Translations under genes and position numbers: made by a program
DNA from: Fistulifera solaris
Taxonomy: Eukaryota
DNA length: 47,812 bases
Direction of reading: 5' to 3'
Assembly: GCA_030295235.1 (NCBI GenBank)
Contig: AP026127.1
Span: 1,488,001 to 1,535,812 of the forward strand
The notes under the pieces: model-generated
Database searches by the model: none
What the model was told of the DNA's origin: nothing
The model's input: only the letters and a program-made list of their open reading frames with translations
Shown: positions 22,290 to 34,800 of the stretch, piece by piece
How the letters are laid out: every line of letters starts with the position of its first letter
Position numbering within the stretch: position 1 is the stretch's first letter

Positions 22290-24431
22290 TTATGGCATAT
22301 CGTCACGGTCAGGAACTTCGGATCCGCCGGCAATATCTTCCATGTGGATGGCGTGATACATTTCGCTACTCACATTTACGTACTGCGACATGTAGGCCAG
22401 CTGACCTTTAATCGCGTCGTTCAATGTATCCACGCCAATCTTTTCAATTACTACAATGCAAGGCAAGTTATTGGTCGTACGAACGACGTTGCAGCGTAGT
22501 AGCCGATAGCGACCACTCAACTTACGAACAATTCGCGTCAATTGCAGCCCTCGCAAAACCAACATTACAATACGTCCTTTGTCTTTCAGCACATACCAAG
22601 CTGTTCGGAGGAAAATCTCGTACAAGGATTGCAAGTCGTTTACATTCTTTGACCCTGTCATGACACCCCATGGCAAGTTAGACACAATAGAGTCCACAGA
22701 TTCATCTTGTAAGTGTTTGCGTAACGCACGAGCATCCGTGCAATGGATTTCACAAGATCCTGGGGGACAATTTTCAGCCCGAGCGTTCTCTCGCGCTCCA
22801 CGGGCGCTTTTACCCGATACATCCATGCCAATACACTTGACTTGCTTCCCCGTCATCTCCATTGCTTCCAACAAAATAGTTCCGCCTCCACAAAATGGAT
22901 CCACCACAAGATGCCCGGGCTGAACATTGGCACAGCGCAACATGACGTACGCTAAATTGCATTTGATAGTGACACCATTTCGAAATCGAGTAAAGTGGCG
23001 GCGAGCCATTTCTTCCACATTCAGTTGTGTTCCTACCATGACAACGTTCCCCACGACATCGACACGAATCTGAACGTCATAGTCTTCCATCTGAGGATGA
23101 CACGTGTCCTTGTAATATTCCGATAAAGCACCACCGATTTCAAATTCGACTTGCGGTGCTCGAAATGCATGAGGTCCACCAATTCGGTCGCATGTAACAC
23201 GAAAACTGCGTTTGTTAGGACCCTGTAGATTTGGAATTCGAACGTCGCCTTTGACAAGCCGGTGCTTGTAGAACTGATACAATTGTTCACCATCGATGGT
23301 AGCAACGTCTTCCTGGATTTCATGCAAGTCAAAATGATCGTGGTATTGCATCAAATGATGTGCCGATCGCAGCTGCAGCAATTTAGAGACAATTGCGGTT
23401 GATGCCGACGAGTCCGATTCACACAAGTCAGATACTTCGTCGTTTCCAGGTCGCTCAGTGCGACAAATCGCAACGTAGCCCGCAGCATCCCATGGTCGAG
23501 GAATAGCCACCCAACGATCACGCAATTCACTTTCGGAAGATATACACTCCCAGATCTCCGAGACAGTATATTGTTCCGCCCCAATGTTAGTCCGCACGGT
23601 GTAGACCACACGATTCAGAGAGGATTCCTCCTCGAATTGCGATGTAGTCGATAATGCATCCCCAAACACAACCAAGCAACCTCCGTTACCGTCCTGATCA
23701 TCATCTGGCTGATAAACACTAGGAAGATTCCCTACCGGCAGATCTGTCATGCGTTGCAACCACTTGTCACGGCGTTCATGCTCTTGTTCACCCAGGGTAT
23801 CTTGACCGTATTGTTTACAGCGAAAGGTGAGATTGATGCGTCCTTCGGTAACGTTCGCTTGTCTGGGAATACTGTGCACGTACTGCTCTTGACAAATGGG
23901 TTCCATAATCACTAAAGAACCGTGTTGCAATTCGAGTGTGTGCTTCTCGAGCCCCTGCTTCGCGCGAATGCCAAACGACCGTGTCGCACCCAAACTGATA
24001 CTCGCAATCGGCGTCAAACGACCGATTTCTTCTCGATCGCAGTGCCAGCCGATTCGCTGCTGTCCGTCTTGATAGAAATTCAATAAACATACGTTGAAGT
24101 GGACATTTGCGTTATTCTTTTCTTTGTACCAAGTTTCTGCTTTATGTGAGATGGCTTTAATCGTCTCGGTAAAAGGTTTGCTTTGCTGTTGCTGCTGATG
24201 ATGAGCTTGTGGATTGTCGCGATACTTATATGCGTTGCTGTTCGTACTATCGCTTGCTAAATCATTCTCCGGCTCTTCGTAAAGAGCGACCCAGCGATTG
24301 ATTTTCGCGGTTTTCTCCCACGGCGTGTCGTTCAGTAATTGCTGATAAAAAAGATCAGCTTCTTCGAAAGGCAAGAAATTCGCATCGTGATAGACACAAG
24401 GAGTTTCTAAAGGCACTTTGTATTCGTCCAT
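22290..24431 (-). CDS. Fusion protein: ALKBH2/3-like 2OG-Fe(II) dioxygenase + THUMP domain + class I RNA (m2G-type, Trm14/THUMPD2/3-like) methyltransferase
   Basis: AlkB part: FNVCLLNFYQDGQQRIGWHCD, IASISLGATRSF, LQHGSLVIM, YVHSIP, RINLTFR. THUMP part: SFRVTCDRIGGPHAF..VEFEIGGAL. MTase part: VVDPFCGGGTILLEA, GMDVS, DSIVSNLPWG. Single intronless 713-aa ORF. Confidence 0.88.
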   Translation of the reverse strand: MDEYKVPLETPCVYHDANFLPFEEADLFYQQLLNDTPWEKTAKINRWVALYEEPENDLASDSTNSNAYKYRDNPQAHHQQQQQSKPFTETIKAISHKAETWYKEKNNANVHFNVCLLNFYQDGQQRIGWHCDREEIGRLTPIASISLGATRSFGIRAKQGLEKHTLELQHGSLVIMEPICQEQYVHSIPRQANVTEGRINLTFRCKQYGQDTLGEQEHERRDKWLQRMTDLPVGNLPSVYQPDDDQDGNGGCLVVFGDALSTTSQFEEESSLNRVVYTVRTNIGAEQYTVSEIWECISSESELRDRWVAIPRPWDAAGYVAICRTERPGNDEVSDLCESDSSASTAIVSKLLQLRSAHHLMQYHDHFDLHEIQEDVATIDGEQLYQFYKHRLVKGDVRIPNLQGPNKRSFRVTCDRIGGPHAFRAPQVEFEIGGALSEYYKDTCHPQMEDYDVQIRVDVVGNVVMVGTQLNVEEMARRHFTRFRNGVTIKCNLAYVMLRCANVQPGHLVVDPFCGGGTILLEAMEMTGKQVKCIGMDVSGKSARGARENARAENCPPGSCEIHCTDARALRKHLQDESVDSIVSNLPWGVMTGSKNVNDLQSLYEIFLRTAWYVLKDKGRIVMLVLRGLQLTRIVRKLSGRYRLLRCNVVRTTNNLPCIVVIEKIGVDTLNDAIKGQLAYMSQYVNVSSEMYHAIHMEDIAGGSEVPDRDDMP

Positions 24432-24542
24432 CTCTTACGATAGTGTTTATTTTGTGCGAAAGGGGAGGAAGAAAGAAAGAGAAAGAAATGAATGGCGAAA
24501 ATGACGAAAATATAGTGAAACCGGAACGTCTTACAGACGGCT

Positions 24543-25351
24543 TTCCAGAATTTCTGCTCTGGAAGCGATGTCTTTCATCATTCATCATTCAGAAATTCTG
24601 GAAAGGTGATTGCGATCACACAGCAAGTCTGGCCGATCCTGAATTTCTGGAATCGATGTCTGCGACCATACAGATGCAACCACACAGATGCAACCATACA
24701 GATTTTCTGTGATGTTCCAGAAATTCTGGAATTGGTCTTTGCGATCACACAAATTTTCTGTGGGTGTTCCAGAAATTCTGGAATTAGTGTTCGAGTCCAG
24801 ATATTCTGGATCTTTGTTTGCGATTATACAGAAATTTTTGCGGCAGTTCCAGAAATTCTGGAATCGGTGATTGCGATCGCGCAGTTCGTGGTTGATCCCG
24901 AATTTTTTGAAATCGGTATATGCGATCATACAGTCATTTTGTGGCAGTTCCAGAATCTCTGGAGACACTGAGGTCGCTCCAAAAATTCGGGAATAAGTGT
25001 TTGCGATCATACACTTTTCTGTGGTTGTTCCAGAAATTCTGGAATGAATCGGTGTTTGCGATCATACAGCTTTCGGTGGTTGTTACAGAAATTCTGGAAT
25101 CCGTCTTTGCGATAAAACACATTTTCTGTGCCGGTTCAAGAAATTCTTCCTGAAATTCTGGTGAAGGTTTTTTCATCATACAGAAATTCTGAGTATTTCC
25201 AGAAATTCTGGAAAAGGTGATTGTTTCAACTTACAAAATTCTGTGGACTTTCCAGAATTTCTGGAAACGTTAACTATATGATCATACAGAAATTCTGTGG
25301 ATGTTCCAGAATTTCTGGAGACAATGCAATTCCCCATACAGAAATGCTGTG
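24543..25351. repeat. Minisatellite-like array of ~15 palindromes TTCCAGAA(A/T)TTCTGGAA, mostly at 48-56-bp spacing
   Basis: Perfect or near-perfect copies at ~24715, 24767, 24848, 25028, 25197, 25250 and 25305, plus degenerate ones. The spacers share TTGCGATCA(T/C)ACA and TTTTCTGTG. Confidence 0.9.
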
Positions 25352-25501
25352 TACTTTTTACATAATCTAGGAAACAAGTATAACCTCCCCAGGCATCAAT
25401 AATTAGCTTTCTCTTCCCTGGTCTTAATAGTGGGTAGCGAGAGGTCAACCTAATATCACGGGATAGCGATGGTACTGAAAAGAATATTGAAATGGCATAT
25501 A

Positions 25502-26389
25502 TCATTTAAACAAAAGATCGTTGAAACTACATTTTTCCTTGTAATCTTTAAACCAGGATCGGGCCACGTCAAGTTGATGTTGCGGATGTCTCCATTCTTC
25601 GGGTATATATCTAGAGCGCTGCAATGTCGCTGGGTTAAATTGAACGGCCCATTTGCGTTTGCGCTGAATGTGTTTTTGTAAATTGCGACACGGATCTTGT
25701 TGTCGTGAATAATAATGATGGTTCGAAGAGAAAAACATTAGCGAATCATCCAGTTGTAAAACACCTCGTTGGAACGAAACCCGATCACGAAGATCAAGTA
25801 ATGCCAAAGCATCTGTCCAAAAACCAGTCTCATTCTGTGCATGCTTATACAGTGCGTTTGTCATGTCTTGCCATGCCTTTTGCGACCCTGACATGCAAGT
25901 GGGTGCAATGACTTCATGTACGACCAATGTGTCGGATAGAGATTGTACTGGAATCGTTGCATTGGCCTTGTTGCTGAATTTGTAAGAAAACTGAAAGTAG
26001 GCATCAGCCGTCGGATTGTCTTGTTTCTTGTAGTGAGGCAAGGGAAATACATCCCAATGACAATAATGTCCTCCTCGTGTTGCCATCGCTATCCACTTCT
26101 GTAGCGATGGAAGCGAAACGTACTGTTGCAGCAGAATCGTCGCTTGAATGTGAGTTGTATTGAGAACGGCAGTCTCCCAGCCCACAGCTTGCCAAGACTG
26201 TTCCCAGTATTTCAGCAGTTCCTGACTGTATTCGTCATTTTCGCCGAAATAGGTGTGTATAGTTCTTTGCGCCTGCGCCTGTGCGTTTGCTGTTCTTGTA
26301 TCTGCCGCCCAAGTTAACGCAATAATGAGACAACAGTAAATGCTTCGTGTCGTGGTGTGGCGGTCTCTCCTACACATCCTGTGTGGCAT
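25502..26389 (-). CDS. Putative secreted/type II membrane protein, possibly glycosyltransferase-like
   Basis: Hydrophobic N-terminal segment (SIYCCLIIALTWAA), then RTIHTYF...YWEQSWQAVGWETAVLN...KWIAMATRGGHYCHWDVFPL. The family assignment is tentative. Confidence 0.55.
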   Translation of the reverse strand: MPHRMCRRDRHTTTRSIYCCLIIALTWAADTRTANAQAQAQRTIHTYFGENDEYSQELLKYWEQSWQAVGWETAVLNTTHIQATILLQQYVSLPSLQKWIAMATRGGHYCHWDVFPLPHYKKQDNPTADAYFQFSYKFSNKANATIPVQSLSDTLVVHEVIAPTCMSGSQKAWQDMTNALYKHAQNETGFWTDALALLDLRDRVSFQRGVLQLDDSLMFFSSNHHYYSRQQDPCRNLQKHIQRKRKWAVQFNPATLQRSRYIPEEWRHPQHQLDVARSWFKDYKEKCSFNDLLFK

Positions 26390-27160
26390 GTAAATGAGGC
26401 AGCTTTCTAAAGCAAATAGATCCTTTGATGAGTCATTAAAAGAATGCACAATTCGCGTAAATAATCTATCGTAATGCCGCTGATATTGAAGATAGCTTTG
26501 TTACGTTCTTGCTTGTCGATGCAATGGAATGAGAAATGAGCGCTTCTTTCGTTTTGTGAAAACCGCATCAATTTTTACTATAGCGCAAAGAGATAGTTTA
26601 CGGCAATAACGACTCACTTGGATCTCAGTCCCGAAAATGAAAATGAAACTAAGACCACTACTTGGACCTTGTTTTAAACATTCATTTGCCGCTTTTTGGC
26701 TTGACATTAATGCTTACCATTAACCAGTCACGCATGGAAAATTCCAATCACTCTAGACTAGACTAGGTCTATGTAACCCTCTCTCCATCTGCAGTTGTTC
26801 TTATAGCACTGCGTGCGTAAAGAATACATTGCGTCTTGCCGCTCGCCGCTCGCCGCCACCATGTTTATAAATTTAGCGCTAAATAAATTTGAAAACATCC
26901 GTTCGAAACTGTGAAAACGCCCGTCACTCTCTTCGCGCTCGACTGATTTAGGAATTGCGCAGCAATACAGTGTAGATAGAAGCAAGCCGGCGCACCGCTC
27001 TTATGCCGGCGCAAAACTTCCCTCCTCTTTTTTTCCCTCGCGTGCTTGTGCCGTGTCATTTTCGTTTTTTCGTTTGCGCGCAACGACTCATTGTTTTCTC
27101 TTCTCTCTTTCGAGTAATTTATTCATTCATTCTCTTTGATAAAACGAAACAGGCACTATC

Positions 27161-29823
27161 ATGTCCATGTATGTACTGAAACGCAACGGCAAACGTGAAT
27201 CTGTTCACTTTGATAAGATTACGAGCCGCGTCAGTAAGCTTTGTTACGGCTTGGATGCAAAGGTAAGTTGTCTACGACGAAAGGAAACCCATTTGTAGTG
27301 TTTCATCTTCTTAACGCACTCGCTTCGTCTCTCTTTGTACTATTCATAGCACGTCGATCCGGTCGTCATTTCGCAAAAGGTCATTCAAGGAGTTTATCCG
27401 GGCGTTACGACTTGTGAATTGGATGAGTAAGTGCAGCAAACAGAAACTATAGTAAATATTTGCTTCTTCCTTCCTTCACTCACTCACACAATCCTTCTTT
27501 TCCTTCATAACAGACTCGCTGCGCAAACGGCGGCCGCCATGGCGACGCAACATCCGGATTACTCGATCCTCGCCGCTCGCATTTCCGTATCCAATCTTCA
27601 CAAGATGACGGTCGCACGTTTCTCGGAACTCTGTCAACTCTTTCATGATTACAAGCATCCGCAAACGGGAGAACCCGCTCCTCTCATCTCGCAAGAAGTC
27701 TACGATATCAGTCAAAAGTACGCGGGAGAACTGGACGGAGCTATCGTTCATGCGCGTGACTTTGAGTACGATTACTTTGGCTTCAAAACACTCGAAAAGA
27801 GTTACCTTCTCAAGATGCACGGACAGATTGCTGAACGTCCCCAGTTGCTATTGATGCGTGTTGCTGTTGGAATTCACGGAGATGACATCCCCAAAGTCAT
27901 TGAGACCTACAACGACCTTTCGAATCGGTACTTTACGCACGCTACGCCCACGCTCTTCAATGCCGGAACCAACATGCCGCAAATGTCGTCGTGCTTCTTG
28001 CTCACCATGAAGCAGGACTCTATTGAAGGTATCTACGATACGCTTAAGAACTGCGCCATCATCTCCAAGTATGCTGGAGGTATCGGTCTCGCCATTCACA
28101 ACATTCGAGCCAGCAAATCCTACATTCGCGGAACCAACGGAACGTCGAACGGTATTGTGCCCATGCTTCGCGTTTTCAACAACACGGCGCGTTACGTGGA
28201 TCAGGGTGGTGGCAAGCGCAAAGGCAGTATTGCCTGCTATTTGGAGCCGTGGCATGCCGATGTCTTTGAGTTCCTGGATTTGCGCAAAAATCACGGCAAT
28301 GAAAGCGATCGTGCGCGTGATCTATTTTACGCGCTTTGGGTGCCCGATTTGTTCATGAAGCGAGTCAAGGAAAACTCCACTTGGAGTTTGTTCTGCCCCA
28401 ATGAGGCGCCCGGACTTGCCGATTGCTACGGAGCCGAATTCGAGGCGTTGTACGAAAAGTATGAACAGGAAGGACGCGCTCGTCAGACTATAAAGGCACA
28501 GACGTTGTGGTTCGCCATTTTGGACTCGCAAGTGGAAACTGGAACGCCTTACATTCTCTACAAGGACGCCTGCAATGAAAAGTCGAACCAGAAAAACTTG
28601 GGCACCATTCGTTGCTCCAACTTGTGCACGGAAATCGTCGAGTACACCGCACCGGATGAAACCGCCGTCTGCAACTTGGCCAGTATTTCCTTGTCGAAGC
28701 TTGTCACGCCCACCACCGATGCGGAAGAAGGTAGCTTTGACTTTGATCGTTTGAACGAAATCTCGCAAGTGGTGACCCGTAACTTGAACAAGATCATCGA
28801 TCGCAATTATTACCCAATTGAAGAGGCTCGCAAGTAAGTTCTTTTCTGCTGTGTCTTGTTCAATGAATGGACGTCGAAAAGTCACCTGACCGGCTGCGCT
28901 CTCTTTCCAACAGCTCCAATATGCGCCACCGTCCCATTGGTATCGGAGTACAGGGTCTGGCCGATGCTTTCCAAATGTTACGTCTTCCTTTTGACTCGCC
29001 CCAGGCTCGTCAGCTCAACAAGGACATTTTCGAAACCATTTACTACGGTGCTTGCTGCGCCAGTTGCGAATTGGCCGAGATCGATGGTCCGTACTCGACG
29101 TATGAGGGTTCTCCCGCTAGTCAGGGACAGTTGCAGTTTGATCTTTGGGGTGTTACTCCATCGGATCGATGGGATTGGGCGGCATTGAAAGAACGTATCG
29201 CTCAACATGGTCTCCGAAACTCGTTGTTGCTAGCTCCTATGCCCACGGCGTCTACCGCACAGATTCTTGGTAACAACGAGAGCACTGAACCGTTCACCAG
29301 CAACATGTACAACCGTCGCGTTTTAGCCGGAGAGTTTACGGTCGTCAACAAACACTTGCTTCGAGAGTTAACTGCCCGTGGTTTGTGGAATGAAGATGTT
29401 CGCAACCGTATCATTGCCGACAACGGATCTATTCAAAACGTCAAATCTATCCCCGAGTCCATTCGGGAAGTGTACAAGACAGTGTGGGAGATTCCTCAGC
29501 GTTCCATTTTGGACATGGCGGCCGAACGCGCTCCTTACATTTGCCAGAGCCAGTCTTTGAATGTGCACTTGGCCGAACCCGACTCGAAGAAGTTGACCAG
29601 TATGCACTTTTACGCATGGAAGAAAGGATTGAAGACCGGAATGTACTATTTGCGCACTCGTCCCAAGGCAGACGCTATCAAGTTCACGGTCGATCAAGAA
29701 CTTATTAATGCGGACAAGCAAAAGAAAGCGCAGGCCGGTGCAAAACCAGTCAATGGATTCCAAGGGGCAGCAGGCTTGACCACCGTTAGCGACGAAGAGG
29801 AGTGCTTGAACTGCGGTGCCTAA
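27161..29823 (+). CDS. RNR1: Ribonucleoside-diphosphate reductase large subunit; exons 27161-27262, 27350-27426, 27514-28833, 28914-29823
   Basis: ATP-cone [83 protein letters not shown]-terminal CLNCGA. Three GTAAG...AG introns keep the frame. Confidence 0.97.
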
Positions 29824-29913
29824 ACGCCGCGATCCGATCTTAGCGAGGTGGCCTAGTCTAAAAGGATTTAATAGCAAAAGTAAAGTGTTGAAACCTAGTT
29901 CTATTACAGTTAC

Positions 29914-31476
29914 TTATTGGTCGACTTCAGCAGCTACTTTTCTGATAGATTCCCATTGAGGTGTCTCTTGAAGGTGCACGAGATCCTCTTTGTCGATGTA
30001 TCCATTGCCGTTTCGATCCATGGAGTGAAAAATATCTTTGAGTTGATCGATTGACTCGCGATCCACTTTCTGAAGCATGACCAACATGAACATCATCCAT
30101 TCTTCCCTGCTCACCATACCATCTTCGTCTGCATCCATATTGCGTAGATCGCAACGCGTGAGAGCGCGCTGCAAATGTTTCGTTTCCGCTTCTCGTGTCC
30201 TCCTTTGAATATAGATGCTGGCAATTCGTCCCAAGACTTCTCCAAAGACTGCTACCGAAAATGGAAAAAAGAAGACGCAATACAATTTGTCGATTTGTGA
30301 TTGTGGAGTATAATCGCCGTAGCCCGTCTGGCAATGAATAAGTGAATAAATGGAACGATTAGAAACACAAAGTATTGCATGACGTATACAAGTCTTCGTA
30401 AACGTACCGTGCTCGCCGACATGACGGCGAAATAAAGCGTCGATGTAAACGTCCATCCTTCTCGAACGCCCAATATCATGGCAAAGATAACGACAGCCAG
30501 TATTTCCAGGAATTCCAGTCGAACGACATCGACACAATCCTGTAGCAATGATACATGATCGCTCAGAAAACTTTTTCGCCGGATGATTCTGGCCGCATGT
30601 GAATTTTGCTCCACGTGAAACAAAAGTTTCAATAATTGATGCTGTCGACCCTTATTCAATCGCTGAATCGCTCGTTGCTGTCCCATGCTAATAGCATGCC
30701 CAAAAATACCGATAAATATGCCCAATATGATGACCCCGTAGACCGAAAATGCAATGGTAAACAGCTGACCAACAACAGTAGATGGTTGTTGATCCCCGTA
30801 CTAGATCCATCGACCAAAAGTCGTAAGAGTGCAAAACTTTCTCCATAACGATGCTATGATTCTGCAACGTACGTACCCCAACTGTAGTAAAGGTCGCGAC
30901 CGCAAAGTACATAGAGTCAATGATCGTCCAGTGTTCAAAGACAAATGAAAAAGCGATCACAGCCATGAGCACATACAAAGCCGCATACACACCACACAAT
31001 CGTAAGACAGCCAAATCGCTATCGACTTCAAAGTTCGACGTCAAAGATGGTCGGTCTTCTTCTTCGTCTCCTCCTCCTGTCTGATGAACAGGGTCCTCAT
31101 AGACTCTATTGCGGGTCCACAAACCACCAAAAAGAACCGATTGAATATAGCTACGGTGATGATGGTGGTGGTGATTATCATCGTTTGAATAGGAAGAATC
31201 ATCGTCAGGAGGCGGCGGCGGCGGCGGAAGAGCTTGGTCAGACGCTTGCTGCCTCATGCTTTCATAGACCGGAGAGAGACTTCCATTGGTCTTTTGTTGC
31301 GTATTGTTGTCGTTTAGTAAAGGACGTTGTTCGCCGTTTTTGTGTACTCGCTCTTCCTTGTCTCTCGAATACTTCGCATCATGATAATTTTGATTGTAAA
31401 GATTGTGATTGGTTCTCCATTTTCCTCCTAAGAATACCATAACGAAGAGAGATGTTAGCAAATAGATGTAATGCAC
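29914..31476 (-). CDS. Two-pore K+ channel with C-terminal EF-hands (TPK/KCO-like); two introns, start uncertain
   Basis: Pore 1 WTIIDSMYFAVATFTTVG|YGDQQP and pore 2 WTFTSTLYFAVMSAST|TGYGDYTP are each split by a GTACGT...AG intron. EF-hands DADEDGMVSREE and DRNGNGYIDKED. Confidence 0.88.
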
Positions 31477-31845
31477 CCACGATTATTGTAGTGTTGCAAA
31501 CAAGATGAGCATGAACGTTTGTTGCATTCACAATTTTTTGTTTTCGTTATCGATTTCTTTTTGGTGGGAGATCGCAAAAATAGACGGAGTATCAGTTGAT
31601 GTGTTGTCTCGTGGCGCTATCTGGTACTCGTCTTGGTGTCGCTTCGGTTTCGCTCCAGTAGATCTATCGTCCGTCGTCCGTCTGATCTCCTATCACCGCG
31701 ATCCGCGATCCACGACGATCACGCGATCATCGACGATGATTACAGGTACTGGTATTCGATTCTTTCATTCCGCTGCAGCTGTGCAGCGTCTCCTTTGTAT
31801 TCATTCATTGTCTTGAATAACACCTTACGATCAACTTCATGCATC

Positions 31846-34800
31846 ATGGAAGGCTTTCTTGCTTCGTTTTCTCCTCCATCTCAGAAGGATGAGACGTATG
31901 CTGACGTATCGGCTGATGTAACGGCCGCTTTGCAAGCGCTGTCTCATGCTCTCGAAGCAGCACTAACAATCGCATCCGTCTCGTCCTCTTCACCGTCTTT
32001 TCCTACACAACGTGACGCTATTACAGCAGATTGGCTGCTTCAAAAATGTACTTTACAAGATTCCTTTTTAACTCCGCAGCAACTTGCAATGTCAATTTGG
32101 GAAACAGCGCATTTAGAGAATGAGATGCAACAGCAGGAGGCACTCTTTCAATTGTTGGGCGAGCAAAATTTCGATCTTCTGCTGGAACTGACACCACAGT
32201 TACCACAAATCGCTAAAATAGCGCGACATTCGATAGAAGCAGCCGTCAATTCCGCTGCTCCTACTACTCCTTCCGATCCAGAGGTCTTTGTTGACGTAGA
32301 AGAAGAGAGACGTATCTATTTACGAGAACAAGCGGCGCAAGCCGCACGAACGGCATCACTGGCAAAGGCGGAACTGGAGGCACTTATGACTGTCACTTCA
32401 GGAGCTACACATGCAGCAATATCCAAGAAACAGGAAAAACAAGCGAGGAAGTTCGCGGAAAAGGCACAAAAGCAAGCAGCTGCGGCTTTACAACAAGCGA
32501 AAGATGCGGGGGCGATTTTGGACGAAGACGATTGGCTCGCTGTCTCGAGTACTGGATGGGGAGAGGGCGGTTTGGTTAACCAGGATGCAGCTTCTCTCAT
32601 AGCATTTCAGCAGTCACTACTTCCCGAAGGGACCAAAGAATACTACGAAATGAAAGGTTTGCCGGCCGATGCTGAATACTTCGAAGACGACAATATGAAA
32701 CGTGTCTTGATTCCAGCTATTCCTAGAGACACGGCGAAACTTCGTTCGCGGCTCAAAATTGTGGATGTAATAACGGATCCTCGAGAAGCGGCGCCGTTTT
32801 ATGGAACGACGTCGTTAAATCCAATGCAGTCGACCGTCTTTGAACGCGCGTTTCACAGTCGTGACAATCTGCTCATATGTGCTCCAACAGGAGCTGGAAA
32901 GACAAATGTCGCACTTTTGACCGTAGTGGCGCATTTTAGAGACGTTGGTTTGCTGAATGCTCCTGGGCGCATGGACACGGGACACAAAGTCGTTTACATT
33001 GCTCCAATGAAAGCTCTGGCGCAAGAAGTCGTCGAAAAGTTCTCTTCTAAGCTGAAACCGTTCATTGTACGTGAATTGACGGGTGATATGCAGTTAACCA
33101 GAGCAGAAGCAGACTCGGCACAGGTCATTGTGACAACTCCGGAAAAATGGGATGTTGTGACACGAAAGAGTGGAACGGATGAGTCATCGTTAGGGAATCA
33201 GTGCGGCCTCTTGATCATCGACGAAGTCCATTTGTTAGCCGACGAACGTGGGGCTGTGGTTGAATCGGTCGTGGCGCGTTTACACCGTTTAGTAGAAAGT
33301 CGACAAAAACAAGTCAGAATTGTCGCGTTGTCAGCGACGCTACCAAATTATGGGGACGTGGCCGACTTTCTACAAGTTCCTTCCAGTGGAGTATTCTTCT
33401 TTGGACCCGAACATCGCCCTGTTCCATTACAGCAGCAGTTTATCGGTGTCGGTACGAAGAAGATGCCGCGAGATGTCCGCGAGCAGAAAATGAATGAATT
33501 ATGCTTCGACGCTGTTCTCGATTCTCTGAAGCGCGGGTATCAAGTCATGGTGTTTGTGCATTCTCGTAAAGGGACTGGAGATACAGCCCGTGCCTTGGCA
33601 GAGCAAGCCAGCAGTGAAGGGCTACTGGATAAATATTTTGTGAACGAAGAGAAGGCCAAGCATTATGCGGCAAGAGTTCAAAAATCTCGCAACAGACAAG
33701 TGACACAGTTTTTTGAACAGGGCTTAGGAATTCATCACGCCGGTATGCTTCGAGGTGATCGCAAACTGACGGAACAAATGTTCTTCGACGGCGCAATTCA
33801 GGTTTTGTGTTGCACTGCAACTTTGGCGTGGGGTGTTAACTTGCCTGCGCATACTGTTGTAATCAAGGGAACGGATGTTTACAATCCGGAAAAAGGTGGA
33901 AATGTTGATCTGAGTATCTTAGACGTCCAGCAGATCTTTGGTCGCGCCGGTCGTCCGCAATTCGATAGTTCTGGTGAAGCTATTCTGATCACTTCTCTCG
34001 ACGCCTTTCCTCGTTATATGGATAAACTAGTACGGCCCATTCCGATTGAATCGAATTTCAGCAAGCAGCTCGCTGATCATCTGAACGCAGAGATCGCTGG
34101 AAGGACAGTCACAACGATTACGGAAGCAGCTACATGGCTCACCTACACGTATATGTACGTACGAATGGGAAAAAATCCTCTACAATACGGAATGCGGCCT
34201 GACGATGGCAGCGATCCGCTTGCCATTCGAGAACATTGCCTTTCCCTTGTTACAGAGGCCGCCAAGCTTCTCGAAGCCAATAAAATGATCTCCTTTCATG
34301 CTATGAGCGGCAATCTTTCAGTGAAAGATAAAGGCCATGTTGCTGCGCACTATTACATTCAGGCTGAAAGCATCGAGGTTTTTAACGAGCGGTTCTCGCG
34401 ATCGATGGTTCCTACTGACAGTGATTTATGCCGCACCATTTGCCTCGCGAATGAATTTAACAATTTAAAGTTACGCCCGGAAGAGGTTGAAGAGTTACAA
34501 GCGGTCGCTCAGAAAATACCATTGAAGATAATTGCACCTGGAGCGGACGAAATAGGGAGGAGTTTGATTGTTGATGCAGCGGATAAGGCTTTTGTGCTGC
34601 TACAAGCTTTCATCACGCGGGAAAGAATCAAGTCATTTACGCTCATCTCAGACATGAATTACATCGAATCCAACGCAGCTCGGATCGCTAGAGCTTTGTT
34701 TGAAATGTCGAAGCGTGAAAGCCGGGCAACGACGACAGTAAAGATGCTGCGAATTGCGAAGAGCATTGAAAAACAACTCTGGTGGTTCCAAACTCCTCTG

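Noticed and set aside
24543..25351. CRISPR array (palindromic repeats with ~35-bp spacers)
   Set aside because: The spacers resemble each other, the repeats are degenerate and irregular, no cas genes are present, and the context is eukaryotic.
27476..29877. Long antisense ORFs over RNR1 (similarly over the NB-ARC gene and ASCC3)
   Set aside because: Shadow frames of strongly codon-biased genes, with no independent motifs.
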